A DNA stretch of 64,000 nucleotides from positions 384,986-448,985 of the forward strand of contig NW_008246081.1 of NCBI RefSeq assembly GCF_000281045.1, given 5' to 3'. This document shows, one piece after another, positions 48,385 through 59,670 of this stretch. The position numbers were made by a program, and so were the translations under genes. Source of the stretch: Saprolegnia diclina VS20. Its lineage: Eukaryota. The notes below the pieces were generated by a model. It was not told the DNA's origin, did not search any database, and was given only the letters and a program-made list of their open reading frames with translations. Within the stretch, counting starts at the first letter, position 1; every line of letters begins with the position of its first letter.

Positions 48385-50599
48385 CTACTCGTCTTGCTTT
48401 TGCTTCTTCTTGGGCGGCGGCAGCGACGTGAGCGCCGCGTCAAAGTCCAGCTCGACCTTCTTGTCCTTGAGCTGGTCCAAGTCCTGGTACGACGTGCTCA
48501 CTTGGCGCGGGTCGACCGGCAAGTCCCGCGGCAGCGGCGGCGGGCCGTCGCGGGGCATGTACGGGCGCGGCGGGCCGCGTTGGTAATACGGCGGCGGCGG
48601 GTTGTAGCCGCCGTGAAAGCCACGGCCACCACGGTCGCGATAATACCCGCCACCACCTCGGTACTGGTCGCCAAACGGCGGCGGGCCGCGGTAGCCACCA
48701 CCTACAAAGGATGCATTCTGCAAGGCTCAAGACGATCCCAACACATACCTTGGCGGTAGTCGTGGGGCGGCCGGCGCATGGCGTTCGGGCCGAGCGTCGG
48801 CTGGTTGACCGTGTCGTACGGCGGCAGCGGTCGGTCCGGGTCTTCGCGGTACGACTCCCACATGTAGCTCTCGCCGACCTTGGCAATCTTGTCAACGACA
48901 AGCTCCGGGTGTTTGTTGCGAATGTGCTTCTTCACAAAGTCGACCGTCTTGAAGAGCTTGGTGCAGAGGAGGCACCGGTGCTTCCCGTCGTCGCCCGCTT
49001 TCTCCGCATACGACGTGTACACGGGCTCGAGCGCGGCCTCCTCGCGGGCTTCGATGTCGTCGACGAGCGCAGCCTCGGCCGCCTTTTGGCTCGCGAGCTT
49101 CTCGGTCGCGTTGGCCGCGATCGCCGCCTCAATACGCTCGTCCAAGGCCGCCGACCAGCCGCCCCAGCCCGCGAGCACCTTGTTGTCGCGCGTCGCAAAC
49201 GTCTTGTGCTCGACCGCCTACTCGGAGACACCATGATGAAACCTCGACCACCGCACGGGACACGGTACATGGTTGTCCTCGACGTCGCGCTCGGTCGCGT
49301 CCGGACGGCAAAAGAGCGCCGGGTGCGCGTGCAGGATGTCGCCCATGTCGATGCACTGGACGCCGGCGTAATAAATAAAGTGGTGCACGCGGCGCAAGTA
49401 CGCAATCACAATATCGAGCTGGGCCGCTTCCGAGAGCGTCTCCTTGCTGTCCTTGACGTGGTGGAGGACGCTCGAGACGCCGTGGGCCGACGTCGCCCCG
49501 AAGACGCTTGCGTCCAACAAGGTCGCGAGGTGCAGCGCCTGCTGAAAGTCGTACGTGATGCGCGCTGGCAGCGACATGCACGTCGGCGTCTTGATCGGCG
49601 CGCGCGACCGATGCTGCGCGACTTGGAGCCGGATCGGCGCCGGCATCTCCGGGTCTTCGACGAGCACGTTCTGGAGCTTGGGCATCGCCTCGAGCGCCGC
49701 GGCCGCCGTCTCGTAGATGATGTACGCCGACCGGTCAAAGTCCAGGTCGCGCTTCTTGGCCGGGTCTGACAAGTGCAGCTCTTGGATCGGGCCGCCCTGT
49801 CGTGCGTCATATGAGCTCAAGTGGTGTCAAGGAGGAGACGGATACCGCGTTGACGACGGCTTCGGCCAACGCAGCGTACGGGCACGAGCATGGGATGCGG
49901 CGAATGTACAGAATCCGGTTGCCTTCTTCGACGTCGTTCTGGAACGACGCTTCGTTGGCCATGTTGGCTTCGTGGAAGGAGATTTGCATGGTCGCGACAC
50001 GCTCAAAGAACGCCTTGGCGTCGGCGGCCTTCTTCGCATTCTTCTGCAGCGTGAGGCGGTGGCGGATCGCAGGCGAGTAGCGCTCCTGCAGCCACTCCTC
50101 CGACTTGTGCGCGTCAAAGAAGACACGCATGAGGCCTTGAATGTACTTCTTCTTGTATTCCTCGTAGCTGCCACGTGGTGAGTATACGTCGAGAAAGAGG
50201 GACCTACCGCTGCTGGTAGACTTCGGGCGACGACTCGTCGTTTTGCTGCATCATAAAAGCCTTGTACGACATGAGCGGCTCGGGGCCGCGCGGGCGGCGC
50301 ATGCGATCGTCCGGACGCTCGTTCGACCGCCTTCTGCCGCGGAACGGGCTGCGGCTGCGCCGCCGGGGCGGGCTGCGATTGCGCGGCGAGTTGGAGCGTC
50401 GTCGATCCCGGCCGCGGCTACCGCTGCGACTCTTGCTCCGGCCCGCGCGCGGAGCAGGCGCTCCACTCGACGGCGCTGGCGCGTCCGCCGGCGGTGGCGG
50501 GTTGGCGTGCTGCGCCGGAGCGTCTTCGTTGTACGGCGCGTTGTCCTACGTTGCATCGCCACGTGCGTCCTGCTGCTGCCATGGCGCGCCACGTACCAT
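48385..50599 (-). CDS. SRRT: SERRATE/ARS2 RNA effector; multi-exon, first coding exon is ATG only
   Basis: RS-rich N-terminus; LMSYKAFM; YEEYKKKY...FFDAHKSEEWLQERYSP; YLRRVHHFIYY; zinc finger CLLCTKLFKTVDFVKKHIRNKH; DPRQVSTSYQDLD. Confidence 0.92.
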
Positions 50600-51370
50600 G
50601 ACGGTCGGTTCTTCAAGCTCGTATTCGGCGCTTGGCAACTTTAAATGCTGGGCGCACCACAAACCTCCTTTCTTCGATTCCCATTTGGTGATTATCCAGT
50701 GATTTTTAACCAATCAAACATAGCGGCCCTTGCTAGGCACCGACTAAACGACTAAGCCTACCGAGGGTTTCCCACATTTTTCACATTGCGTTTCACACAT
50801 CGCACGTGGCACGCTCCCCGTCCTTGGCGCTCGCCAGCGCGCACCAAACACAAAGCACGACGTCTCGCACAGCGCAATAGCGCTACCACCTCAGCGGCTT
50901 GCAGGCATATCGAAACCCGATCAACAATAGAGGCAGCGCATGGAACAGCATCGACGCAACCGGTTGTTGGCCGCGTGACCAACTCGCCCTATACCGTCGG
51001 CTGCACCGTGCTTCTTGCATGCTCGGAGGCTCCTCATCGTTCAGTTAGTGGCTGTGTTTACGGACATGGAGCTACCCACGCGTGACTACTACCACTACAC
51101 ACCAGAGCGCTGGGTGTCTCGATGGAGGAGCGATCCATCGTATGGGGCCTGGTAGGTGGCGTCGAGACGCAGGCCTGTTGGGATCTGTCAGCCGTAGCTA
51201 GGTTCCCGCGCGTTCCAAGGCCGTTGTACGAAGATGGCGCCAAGTGGTTCCGTGCCAGCTGGATCCGCGTTCAAAATAGCATTTGCCGCCATGTTTTCCC
51301 TCCACTTTGAGCGTACTTAGCATTTCTCACCGCACTTTAGCGAGTCGCAGAGTGAAAAAAGGCGCGGGCT

Positions 51371-51380
51371 TTTGGCGGGA
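51371..51380 (+). promoter_or_regulatory. Putative E2F-binding site upstream of CDC6
   Basis: TTTGGCGGGA fits TTTSSCGSS, ~110 bp before the ATG; second match TTTGCCGCC at 51282-51290. Confidence 0.45.
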
Positions 51381-51488
51381 GGGCGGACTTAGTCGAGACG
51401 CATCCGGACTTGAGTGGACGCGACGCTGCCTGGCGGCGGCTACGACCCATTTTCCCTTTGAAGCCCATCATCGGTACTTGGCAGTAGC

Positions 51489-54400
51489 ATGGCGACGACG
51501 GACTGGCGACTAACTCCGCAGAACGTGGTCACGACCGATGGCGCCTGCGACGGCGTCAAGTGGCCCGCGCTCGTCTTCGCTTCGTACCAGGCCGCCAACG
51601 AGTGGCTCATCGACATCGAGCACCTCCGGCGGCTCAAGCCAGCGACCGACGTCGAAGACCGCGTCGTCTTCTACTTTGGACGGACGAGCCTGGCGCCCAA
51701 CGACACTACACAGGTCGCGCTTTTACCGGCCAAGACGCTTGACGCGTCGCCGTGGTCGGCCGACGACAACTTGAGCGACGACCCCATGTACACACACGCT
51801 ATGGCCGTCGCAAGACAGTTTGCGGCCGCGCCCACGAAGCTCAAGGCGTGCGAGATTGTCTTCAACTCGTCGTTGGACAATGGCGTTGTGCCAGAGAGCC
51901 ACGGCCTCGTGTCGCCCGGCGTCCACATCGCCGACGACGAGCGCGAGTGGAGCCAGCTCTTCGAGTCGATTTGGGACATCCTCGAGGCCGACGGGTGGAG
52001 CCTCATCACGATTTCGGGCGACCTCATCTACGCCATGCCCGGCGTCGCGTTCAACAACTTTATGCCCGGCGTCACAGTCTACACGTCCAAGAAGGAGGCC
52101 TTCAAGAAGGCGCTCGACGAATATACGGCGGCCGAGCCGTCCGCTTCGACCGAGAGCCTCTGGAGCGTCATCTGGGACTACATGGAGACGCACAAGCAGT
52201 GGAAGTCGTTCAAGATGCGCAACAACGACGTCATGTACCACGTGCCCGGCATCAGCGTCATGGACCTTGTCCAGAACGTCAACTTTTTCATGAACAAAAA
52301 GGACGCCGTGCTCAAGTTTACGAGCGAGCGCAAGAGCTTGGTCAAGAAGCGCAAGTCGCCGGACGGCGTCGAAGACGTGCCCCTCGCCGCGCCGTCGCCG
52401 CCCGTCGTCGTTGCGGCCGAGGCAAGCGTGGTGGCGCCCAAGCCGACGACTACGTCGGCGCTCCAGCCCGTTGCCCGGACCAAAAAGACAAAGAAGCGCG
52501 CGTTGAACGAGACAAGCGACAAGGAGAACAGCGACGTCAACAGCCGGTCGTCGACCTCGCACCGCCGGCGCTTTGGCGACGCCGAGTTTCCGTTTGCGCG
52601 TCTCTACAGCGTCCTCAAGGAGTTTGGCTGGACGTACGTCGCCAGCACCTTTGGCTACAAGTACGTGGTGCCCGGGCGTGACGCCAAGGGCGTCGAAGGC
52701 GTCGACCACTTTCCCACCGAAGAGGCCGTCATCGAGTTTCTTCAGAACAAGGGCCTGCTCCACGCGATCCAAGCGCATCTGCGCGGTGGTCCGATGCCAA
52801 CGCTGGATTTCAATGCACCCACCGGTGTCCAGCCGCCGACAGCCAAGCCGGCAGCGACCAAGCCGGCAGTGACCAAGCCTGTCGAGCCCAAGCCCAAGAC
52901 TGTCAAGCCCACGAAGCAGCGCCTCTCGTTCTCGGGCGTTGAGAACACGCCTGTCGCAGCGCCGGACGCCAAGAAGAAGGCCAAGGCGGTGGTCATCTCG
53001 GCCGAAGACGACGACACGTCCCCGATCAAGACGACGGTCACCAAGAAGGCAGTTGGCAACACTGCCAAGCTCAAGAAGCCCAAGGCAGTTGAAGGTGAGG
53101 CGGCCAAGCCCAAGAAGGTGGCAGATACTGCCAAGCCCAAGAAGACAACCGAGGCAGATACTGCCAAGCCCAAGAAGACGGCGAGCCGCAAGCTGACCAT
53201 CTCGACCAAGGCGGCGGCCAAGGCCAAGGAGGTCTGTGCCGTGTCGCCGCCTCGCCGCGCAACGGGCTTCAAGTGCAGCTTTGGGCTTGTCTACCGCGTG
53301 CTGCAGAGCCGGGGCTACACGCACAAAACCGGTCCGATGGGCTATTCGTACTTTGCCCCCGGCAAGACCGAGGCCAACGGCGAGCTCAACGTCGACTACT
53401 GGCACAACGAAGTGGACCTCGAGCTCTTCCTCAAACGCACGGGCGAGTGGGCGCGCATCTCGCGCATCCTCGAGCGCTCCTACAACGGGTACTCGACGAC
53501 TGAGAGTTCGCCGGAAGGCACGGCGGCGGCGTCCGAGGCGGGCACGCCGGCGCCGACGTCGCCCGTCCCCCGCTTCAACATGCCGTTGACGGACGCCGCG
53601 GCCGCGTCCGGGCTCTTCTCGCCCGATCGGTGCAACGACGCCGACGACGAAGACATGGCCGTCGAGTCGTCGCCCGAAGCCAAAGCCGTAAAGCCGGTCC
53701 TTCTGCGCCAAAAGCCGCAGCCGAAGGTCAATGCCAAGAAGGCCGTACCGGTCAAGTCGTCGGTGACGATTCCTCCGTTCGAGATGAAGTTTGGTCGGCT
53801 CTTTAGCCTGCTCCAGAAGCGCGGGTGGCGCTACAAGAACGGCCTCCTCGGGTACGAGTACGCCGAGTACAAGGACCGGAAGGAGCTGCGCTCGTTCCAC
53901 TCAGAAGACGACCTGATCGCGTACCTCAAAGCGACTAAGCAGTACCCTGATCTCGAAAAGGAGCTCCAGAAGGAGCACCGGCGTCGGTACATCTACGAGT
54001 CGTCGACCGAGGGCGGGTCGGCCTCGGAGGCGCTGGTGCTGCCGTCGACGTCCGAGGACGAGACGGCGGATGCGACGTACTCGTTTGCCAACATTTGGCC
54101 CGTGCTCAAGGCGCGCGGGTGGACCGAGCGCAAGCCCAACACGATGGAGGACACGGCGTACACGTACTGCAACCCGCGCGGAAAGGTATACAACAAGTCG
54201 GGTGTGGTGACGTACGCCAAGCTCGTCAAGGTCCTCGACGACGCCAAGGAAGACGACGAGAGCGAGAACAGCGACTCGGACTCGTCCAGCGACGACGATG
54301 ACAGCGAGCCTAGTGAGGCAAGCGACCCCAGCGACGACGACGACGACGGCAAGCCGACGCAAGACGACGAGACGGAGACGGAGACGGAGGTCGTCATCCA

Positions 54401-55906
54401 CAAGACGCCGTCGACCAAGGCCATTGTGTTTGACACGCAGACGCCTGTGCTCCTAGACGTCGCGTCGTCGAGCGAAGAGGAGAAGACGCCAACGACGACG
54501 TCGACACCAACGCTGACGTGGCAGCCGCCGGCTGACGAGGCGACGCAGGTGCTTACGTCGCCAGTCTCGTCGCCAGCCAAGAGTGCCGCGTCGTCGCCAG
54601 CCAAGAGCGCTGCGTCATCGCCGGCCAAGAGTGTGGGCTCGCCCGAGAAGGGCCCGTCGCTCGTGGAGCAAGAAGTGTCGCGTGTGCTCGAAAACCTCAG
54701 CCTCGCGCACCGCCCGGACGCGATGCCGCACCGCGCCAAGCAGCAAAAGATGCTCCACGACTTTGTCCGCCGCTGCGTGCATCAAAAGCAACGCGGCAGC
54801 GCGTACGTCTCGGGCACGCCGGGCACAGGCAAGACCGCGCTCCTCCGCATCATGCAGGAGCAGATCACAAAGGAGTGGTCGAGTGCGCACCAGGCGACGC
54901 CGCTCTCTGTCCTCAACCTCAACGCGATGGCGCTCAGCGACAGCAACGGCGTCTTTACGACGATCGCGCGCAAGATGACCAAGCGGTCGTTCACGTCCAC
55001 GGCGGACGCCATTGCCGCTCTCGAGATCGCGTTCCAGAGCACCACCGAGACGACGTACGCTCTTTTCTATCAATCTATCAGTGTATCAACCGTGTCTCAC
55101 ATCGGTGTAGGTTGCTGATCCTCGACGAAATCGACGTGTTGCTCAACGGCAAGGGCGAGAGCGACCTCTACCGTCTCTTTGAGTGGGCGCACCGCCCGTC
55201 GTCGTCGCTCATTTTCATTGGCATCGCCAACTCGATCGACCTCACCAACAAGTACATTCCGTATCTGCGCACGCGGTTGTGCATCCCGGTGGTCGTCATG
55301 TTCCGGCCGTACGACTACGACGCGATCCACAGCATCCTCGAGGCGCGCATCGTGCGCGACAGCCTCTTGCCCAAGGCGCTCTTTGAACCCGTCGCGCTCT
55401 CATTCCTCGCGCGCAAGATTGCGCAGCTCAACGGCGACATTCGCACGGCGTTTGACATTTGCCGGCGCGTCCTCAACCAAAAGGCCGAGAAGGAGAGTAC
55501 GGGCAAGAGCTTTGCGGTCTCGCTCATGGAGATGTCGGCGACGCTCAAGCTTGTGGTCGACTTCCAAGGCTCCAAAGTGCTACAGACGCTGCCGCGCAAC
55601 ACGCAGTTCATCGTGTACGCGACGACCAAGATGCACCCGCGCGTCGCCAACGTCTACTCGATCCACGAGACGTACGACAAGTTTTGCGAACTGAGTCGAT
55701 TGGCCGGCACGTCGGCGGCGTCGATCATGACGCTGCGCGAGTTTTACACGCAGCTTGATACGCTGTCGTCGCAGAACCTGCTGACGCTCAACGTCAAGAA
55801 GGAGTCGTTCCGGCTCTTCATGACGAAAGAAGAAAACGAAAAGAGCTTGGGCGTCGACCCGTACTTCAAGGCGCTTCTGCGGACGTCGTCGTCCATGTCT
55901 CCGTAG
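51489..55906 (+). CDS. CDC6: CDC6/Cdc18 AAA+ replication-licensing ATPase with ~1060-aa N-terminal extension (~1453 aa); intron 55055-55110
   Basis: Walker A YVSGTPGTGKT, Walker B LILDEID, LYRLFEW, IGIANSIDLT, FRPY, ARKIAQLNGDIRTAFDICRR and a C-terminal winged-helix region. These are closer to Cdc6 than to Orc1 (IANTMDLPE). Confidence 0.88.
54567..54632 (+). repeat. 24-bp coding tandem repeat (SSPAKSAA, about 3 units)
   Basis: tcgtcgccagccaagagtgccgcg / tcgtcgccagccaagagcgctgcg / tcatcgccggccaagagt. Confidence 0.85.
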
Positions 55907-56271
55907 TCGTCATGTGTCTTTGGACCTTAGTAGACCCTCTTATTTTATCCCTTTGACATCGATACGATGCTGTGCTCTCTGCCACATCCCAGGGCTAGGG
56001 ATACCGACGACCGACGTCAGCTCCGCAAGCGTATTGAGCCCTTGGTTCATGCTTCTTGCACTGATGGAGTGTCGCTGGTTGACCGACTCGTCACGGACGA
56101 GAGGCGTCATTCGACTAGGGCAGGAACGGCGCAGCATGACGCGACCGTTGGCGTCCTCGGACCTTGTGTCCAGAGCTACTGCGTGTACCGGAAGCTCGAG
56201 GCGAGGATGAGAGATGCAGACGTGCATGTTGAGGTTAAATAGCAAGGCGCTCCCAATGGCGCATAGATAGG

Positions 56272-57576
56272 TTAGATCGAGTGCACGCGCTGCGTGTGGC
56301 GCATGACGTCGTAGTAGACAAACGAGGATGACCGGCCGTCGTCGATCGGCGTGTCGAGCGCGCGTTCGAGGAGCGTGACGACCGTCTCGTGGCCGAGCTG
56401 GCACGCCTTCATGAGGCTTGTTTCGCCGCGGGCGTTCTCGCGGCTGACGTCGGCGCCCTTTCGCAAAAGATACGCGACCATGGGCCCGTGGCCGTGCATG
56501 CTGGCAATGTGCAGCGGCGTGTCGCCGATCGCGCTCTGTCCGTTGACGTCGGCGCCCGCATGCACGAGCAGCCGCGCGATCGTAAAGTGGTTTTCCTGCA
56601 CGGCCACGTGCAGCGCAGAGTCGCCGTTCGGTCCTGTCGCGCCGCGGACGCTGGCCGACGCCCGGACAAGCGCCTCGACAAACGGAAGCGCGCCCGTTGC
56701 TGCGCAGATGTAGAGCGGCGCGACGCCGATCGCGTTCCGGGCGTTGACGTCGACGCCGAGGAGGAGGAGGTACTTGAGGACGTCGAGCTGCTGCATGCGG
56801 CACGCCGTGTGCACGAGCGTGTCGCCCACAGCGTACGCGTCGCCGCGGTAGTCGACGACGAGGCCAGGGCCACAATCGGCGACAAAGCGCTGGACGCTCG
56901 CAACGTCGCCGGTCGAGACGCAGTGGTGCAGAAACTGGCTGCGCGTGCTAGAATTGGCCGTTGCGAGCAGTAACCGCTGCATCTCGACATCGTCGCGGGC
57001 GGCCATGAGCGCTGGGAGCCGGGATACCTGTGGATGGGACGCGAGGAGCTGGGTTACGAGGGCAGTGTTGCCGATGCTACTGGCCTGCGCCAGCACCGCG
57101 TCGTCGACGGCCGCGCCGTGGGCCAAGAGGATGTCGATTATTGCCGTTGCGCGCTTGGTGATGGCCAACACGAGCGCGCTCTCGTTGGGCGAGTGGCACT
57201 TGTTGGGCAAGGCGCCGGCGCGCAAGAGCACAGCGGATATCGCCTCGTCGGCCGCGAGCACGGCCATCTGCAAAAGCGTGAGGCCGCACACAGTCGATCG
57301 GTCGGGCGGTGGCAGCTGCGCGAGGGGGCACGTGCGCGGCGCCCGGCGCATGCAGAAGGGCGAGACGCAAACTTTGTGTTTGCTGCTGCACACGACCGTG
57401 TGGTTGACAGTGCAGGCGTGGATCGCAATGTGCGCCTCGACAACGTTCGGGTCGCCGGCGAGCACGAGGTGCGCGAGGTCGCGGCAGCACTGGCGGTCGG
57501 CCGAGCACGTGCGCGGGCGCATGCGGGGCTCGGACACGGCCGGCGTGTACCACGCGCAAGAACCGAAGATCGACAT
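56272..57576 (-). CDS. Ankyrin-repeat protein (434 aa, intronless)
   Basis: Multiple ankyrin repeats: GDTLVHTAC, GDSALHVAVQENH, GDTPLHIASMHGH, GETSLMKACQLGH. Confidence 0.9.
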   Translation of the reverse strand: MSIFGSCAWYTPAVSEPRMRPRTCSADRQCCRDLAHLVLAGDPNVVEAHIAIHACTVNHTVVCSSKHKVCVSPFCMRRAPRTCPLAQLPPPDRSTVCGLTLLQMAVLAADEAISAVLLRAGALPNKCHSPNESALVLAITKRATAIIDILLAHGAAVDDAVLAQASSIGNTALVTQLLASHPQVSRLPALMAARDDVEMQRLLLATANSSTRSQFLHHCVSTGDVASVQRFVADCGPGLVVDYRGDAYAVGDTLVHTACRMQQLDVLKYLLLLGVDVNARNAIGVAPLYICAATGALPFVEALVRASASVRGATGPNGDSALHVAVQENHFTIARLLVHAGADVNGQSAIGDTPLHIASMHGHGPMVAYLLRKGADVSRENARGETSLMKACQLGHETVVTLLERALDTPIDDGRSSSFVYYDVMRHTQRVHSI

Positions 57577-58674
57577 GATGCGTGGTGGGAGGCGACTTAG
57601 TCAATGAGCACCCGTCGGCGCGAGGTGTGCTGGACTCAGCGCTTGCCATCTGCGCGTTCCAGCACATGTGTCACTGACCACTCGCGCGAGATATGGCCGA
57701 AACGACCACCGCCCGAAGGAAGCAGCCCAACCAACTTGAAGAAGAAGAAGTAGGAGAAGGCAACGGCGTCGATCCAGTCAATGACGTATTGCATCATCAT
57801 CAACCACCGCCACGAGTGCGACGAAGAAGCCACAGCACCGTGTCCGCTTCGACCACACTTCCGCATGAAGAAGCCATGTCCTCCATCATCATCATCTTCA
57901 TCATCAACATCATGGGCACTCCACGAGCAAGCTGCTATTGCTGCGCAGCGAATCGTTTCGATCCGTAGCGACCAACCGACATATCACCATGGTCGGCCAT
58001 TGCAAGCACGTGTGGCTTCTAGGCGGCGGAGCTCAAAGAGCCGATGGCAACCGGTGGTGGTGGCGACGCGGTAGTACACAGTACGTACCTCGCGTCGGTT
58101 GCGGCGTTGGTTCCTCGCTTGACGGATGGATCCAGCTTCTACATGCGTCGTCTTGCGACCAGGATTACTTGATGGTAACCATGCTACATGACATCCGTGT
58201 TTGGTAGCAATGGAAGCTCGTCGAAAATGAGGCAAGTACGTATACGCAGCCTCGCCACGTCGCCCCATATCTCTCTCTTTTCTGCGGTGTGGAGACACGC
58301 AGCTGCACATGACAAGGTTGTCATGCGACTAAAGGCGTGGGGTTGACCGACATCTGCATGGAGCAAAACCCTTCTTCTTTCGGTGGAATCATTAGACAGA
58401 GATGCATAACACGTATCGCAACGGAGACGACTGCAACGTCCCATTGTCAGGGCGATAGAGACGTGCGTTGGTGGTTGCATGTGGGCAGCAGCGGCCATCT
58501 TGACGTAGAAGAATGGAGCAAGCGCGCTGCCTGGCGCTATTTCCGCCAAAGGCCATTGGCCACTTTTTGCACCAATGGCCAACGTTTCATAATCGGATTT
58601 TCATCCAATGGAAGCGACGTATTTTCGGTGGTCGACTCGCCTTTGATCATCCATCAAAAAGTCGAGACGGAACG

Positions 58675-59003
58675 ATGGCCAAGGTAGATGGCGGCGCTGG
58701 AAGAAGGTCGACGGTCGATGCTCATGCACATACGATAGGGTAAGGCCAAGTCGGTCATCATCAAGCTGCTCAGCGCGGCCAACACTGGGTACGATGCCAT
58801 GGACATGGAGAAGCGGCGCTAACCTGACGCGTAGCTTCTTCTACACGACGCGCAAGAACCCGCGCAACATGCAAAAGAAGTTGGCCCTTCGCAAGGTAAT
58901 AGCTTGCACGAGGATCCTGCTGCGTTCTCACGAATCGACGTAGTACGACCCCGTTGTCCGGCAGCACGTCTTGTTCAACGAGGCCAAGATCAAGAAGGGT
59001 TAA
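58675..59003 (+). CDS. Mitochondrial ribosomal protein bL33m (59 aa); exons 58675-58683, 58739-58788, 58835-58895, 58944-59003
   Basis: Spliced translation MAKGKAKSVIIKLLSAANTGFFYTTRKNPRNMQKKLALRKYDPVVRQHVLFNEAKIKKG, the L33 signature. Confidence 0.92.
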
Positions 59004-59670
59004 ACAGCATGAACACACAAGTAGATCGAGTAGAGAAGAAGCATGGTAACTCGCCAACAATGAGCGCGCTCCCTGCTGCGTGGGTGTCTTCTTTGGTCTC
59101 TCTGACCTGCAGGCCCATCGCCTCGTACGATAAGATTCCGCCACGCACATCCTCTGCGTCATCATCCCGTACGGGCCGTGACGCACCTGCCGCGTGCACC
59201 TAGCTACCGGAGGGCACCCAGTTCCAATGATGCCATGATCTAAGCCCTTCGTCCATGCGCTGGCAGTCGGCGGAGCTTCGCCTTCCGGGCGCATCATTAT
59301 CATAGAATCCTAGTCGTTGTCGCTGTCTTTGCTGCTTGGCGACGTGGGCATAATATGTGGCAGAATCGACGACCTTAAAAGTGGCATCCCGCGTAAAGTC
59401 CAGTTGTTTATGGTCCGCGAGCTCTCTGGCGCGTCCCTGCGACGCTTCTAAAGCTGGCTCACACCACCTGCGTATGGTTGGCCTGTATCCCCTTGAGAGA
59501 CCATCGTGTACATGCGCTCCTTTCCCGTCTTGTCGCGTCCACCACTGGCTTGGTTTCCCCAATAAAGTTCACTTTGCTCTTAAGTTCGGCGTCACCATGC
59601 CTAATCAGATTAATTGTGGCGTTGCAATACGCCAAGCCGCGACCGCGACAGTCCACCTTCCTATAGCACC

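Noticed and set aside
51723..53900. 725-aa minus-strand ORF
   Set aside because: Antisense to CDC6, with the L/V/G/R-rich composition typical of shadow frames.
51489..55906. Alternative call as ORC1
   Set aside because: The long N-terminus suggests Orc1, but there is no BAH domain and the ATPase motifs (IGIANSIDLT, LFEW, GDIRTAFDICRR) fit Cdc6 better. Phylogeny is needed to exclude it fully.
57600..58660. Intergenic stretch with short CAT/GAA microsatellite-like runs and small ORFs
   Set aside because: No coding signal, terminal repeats or recognisable RNA gene structure; treated as promoter/UTR sequence.
59010..59660. Possible minus-strand gene between bL33m and TMEM160-like
   Set aside because: Short ORFs lack codon bias and motifs; no supported model could be built.
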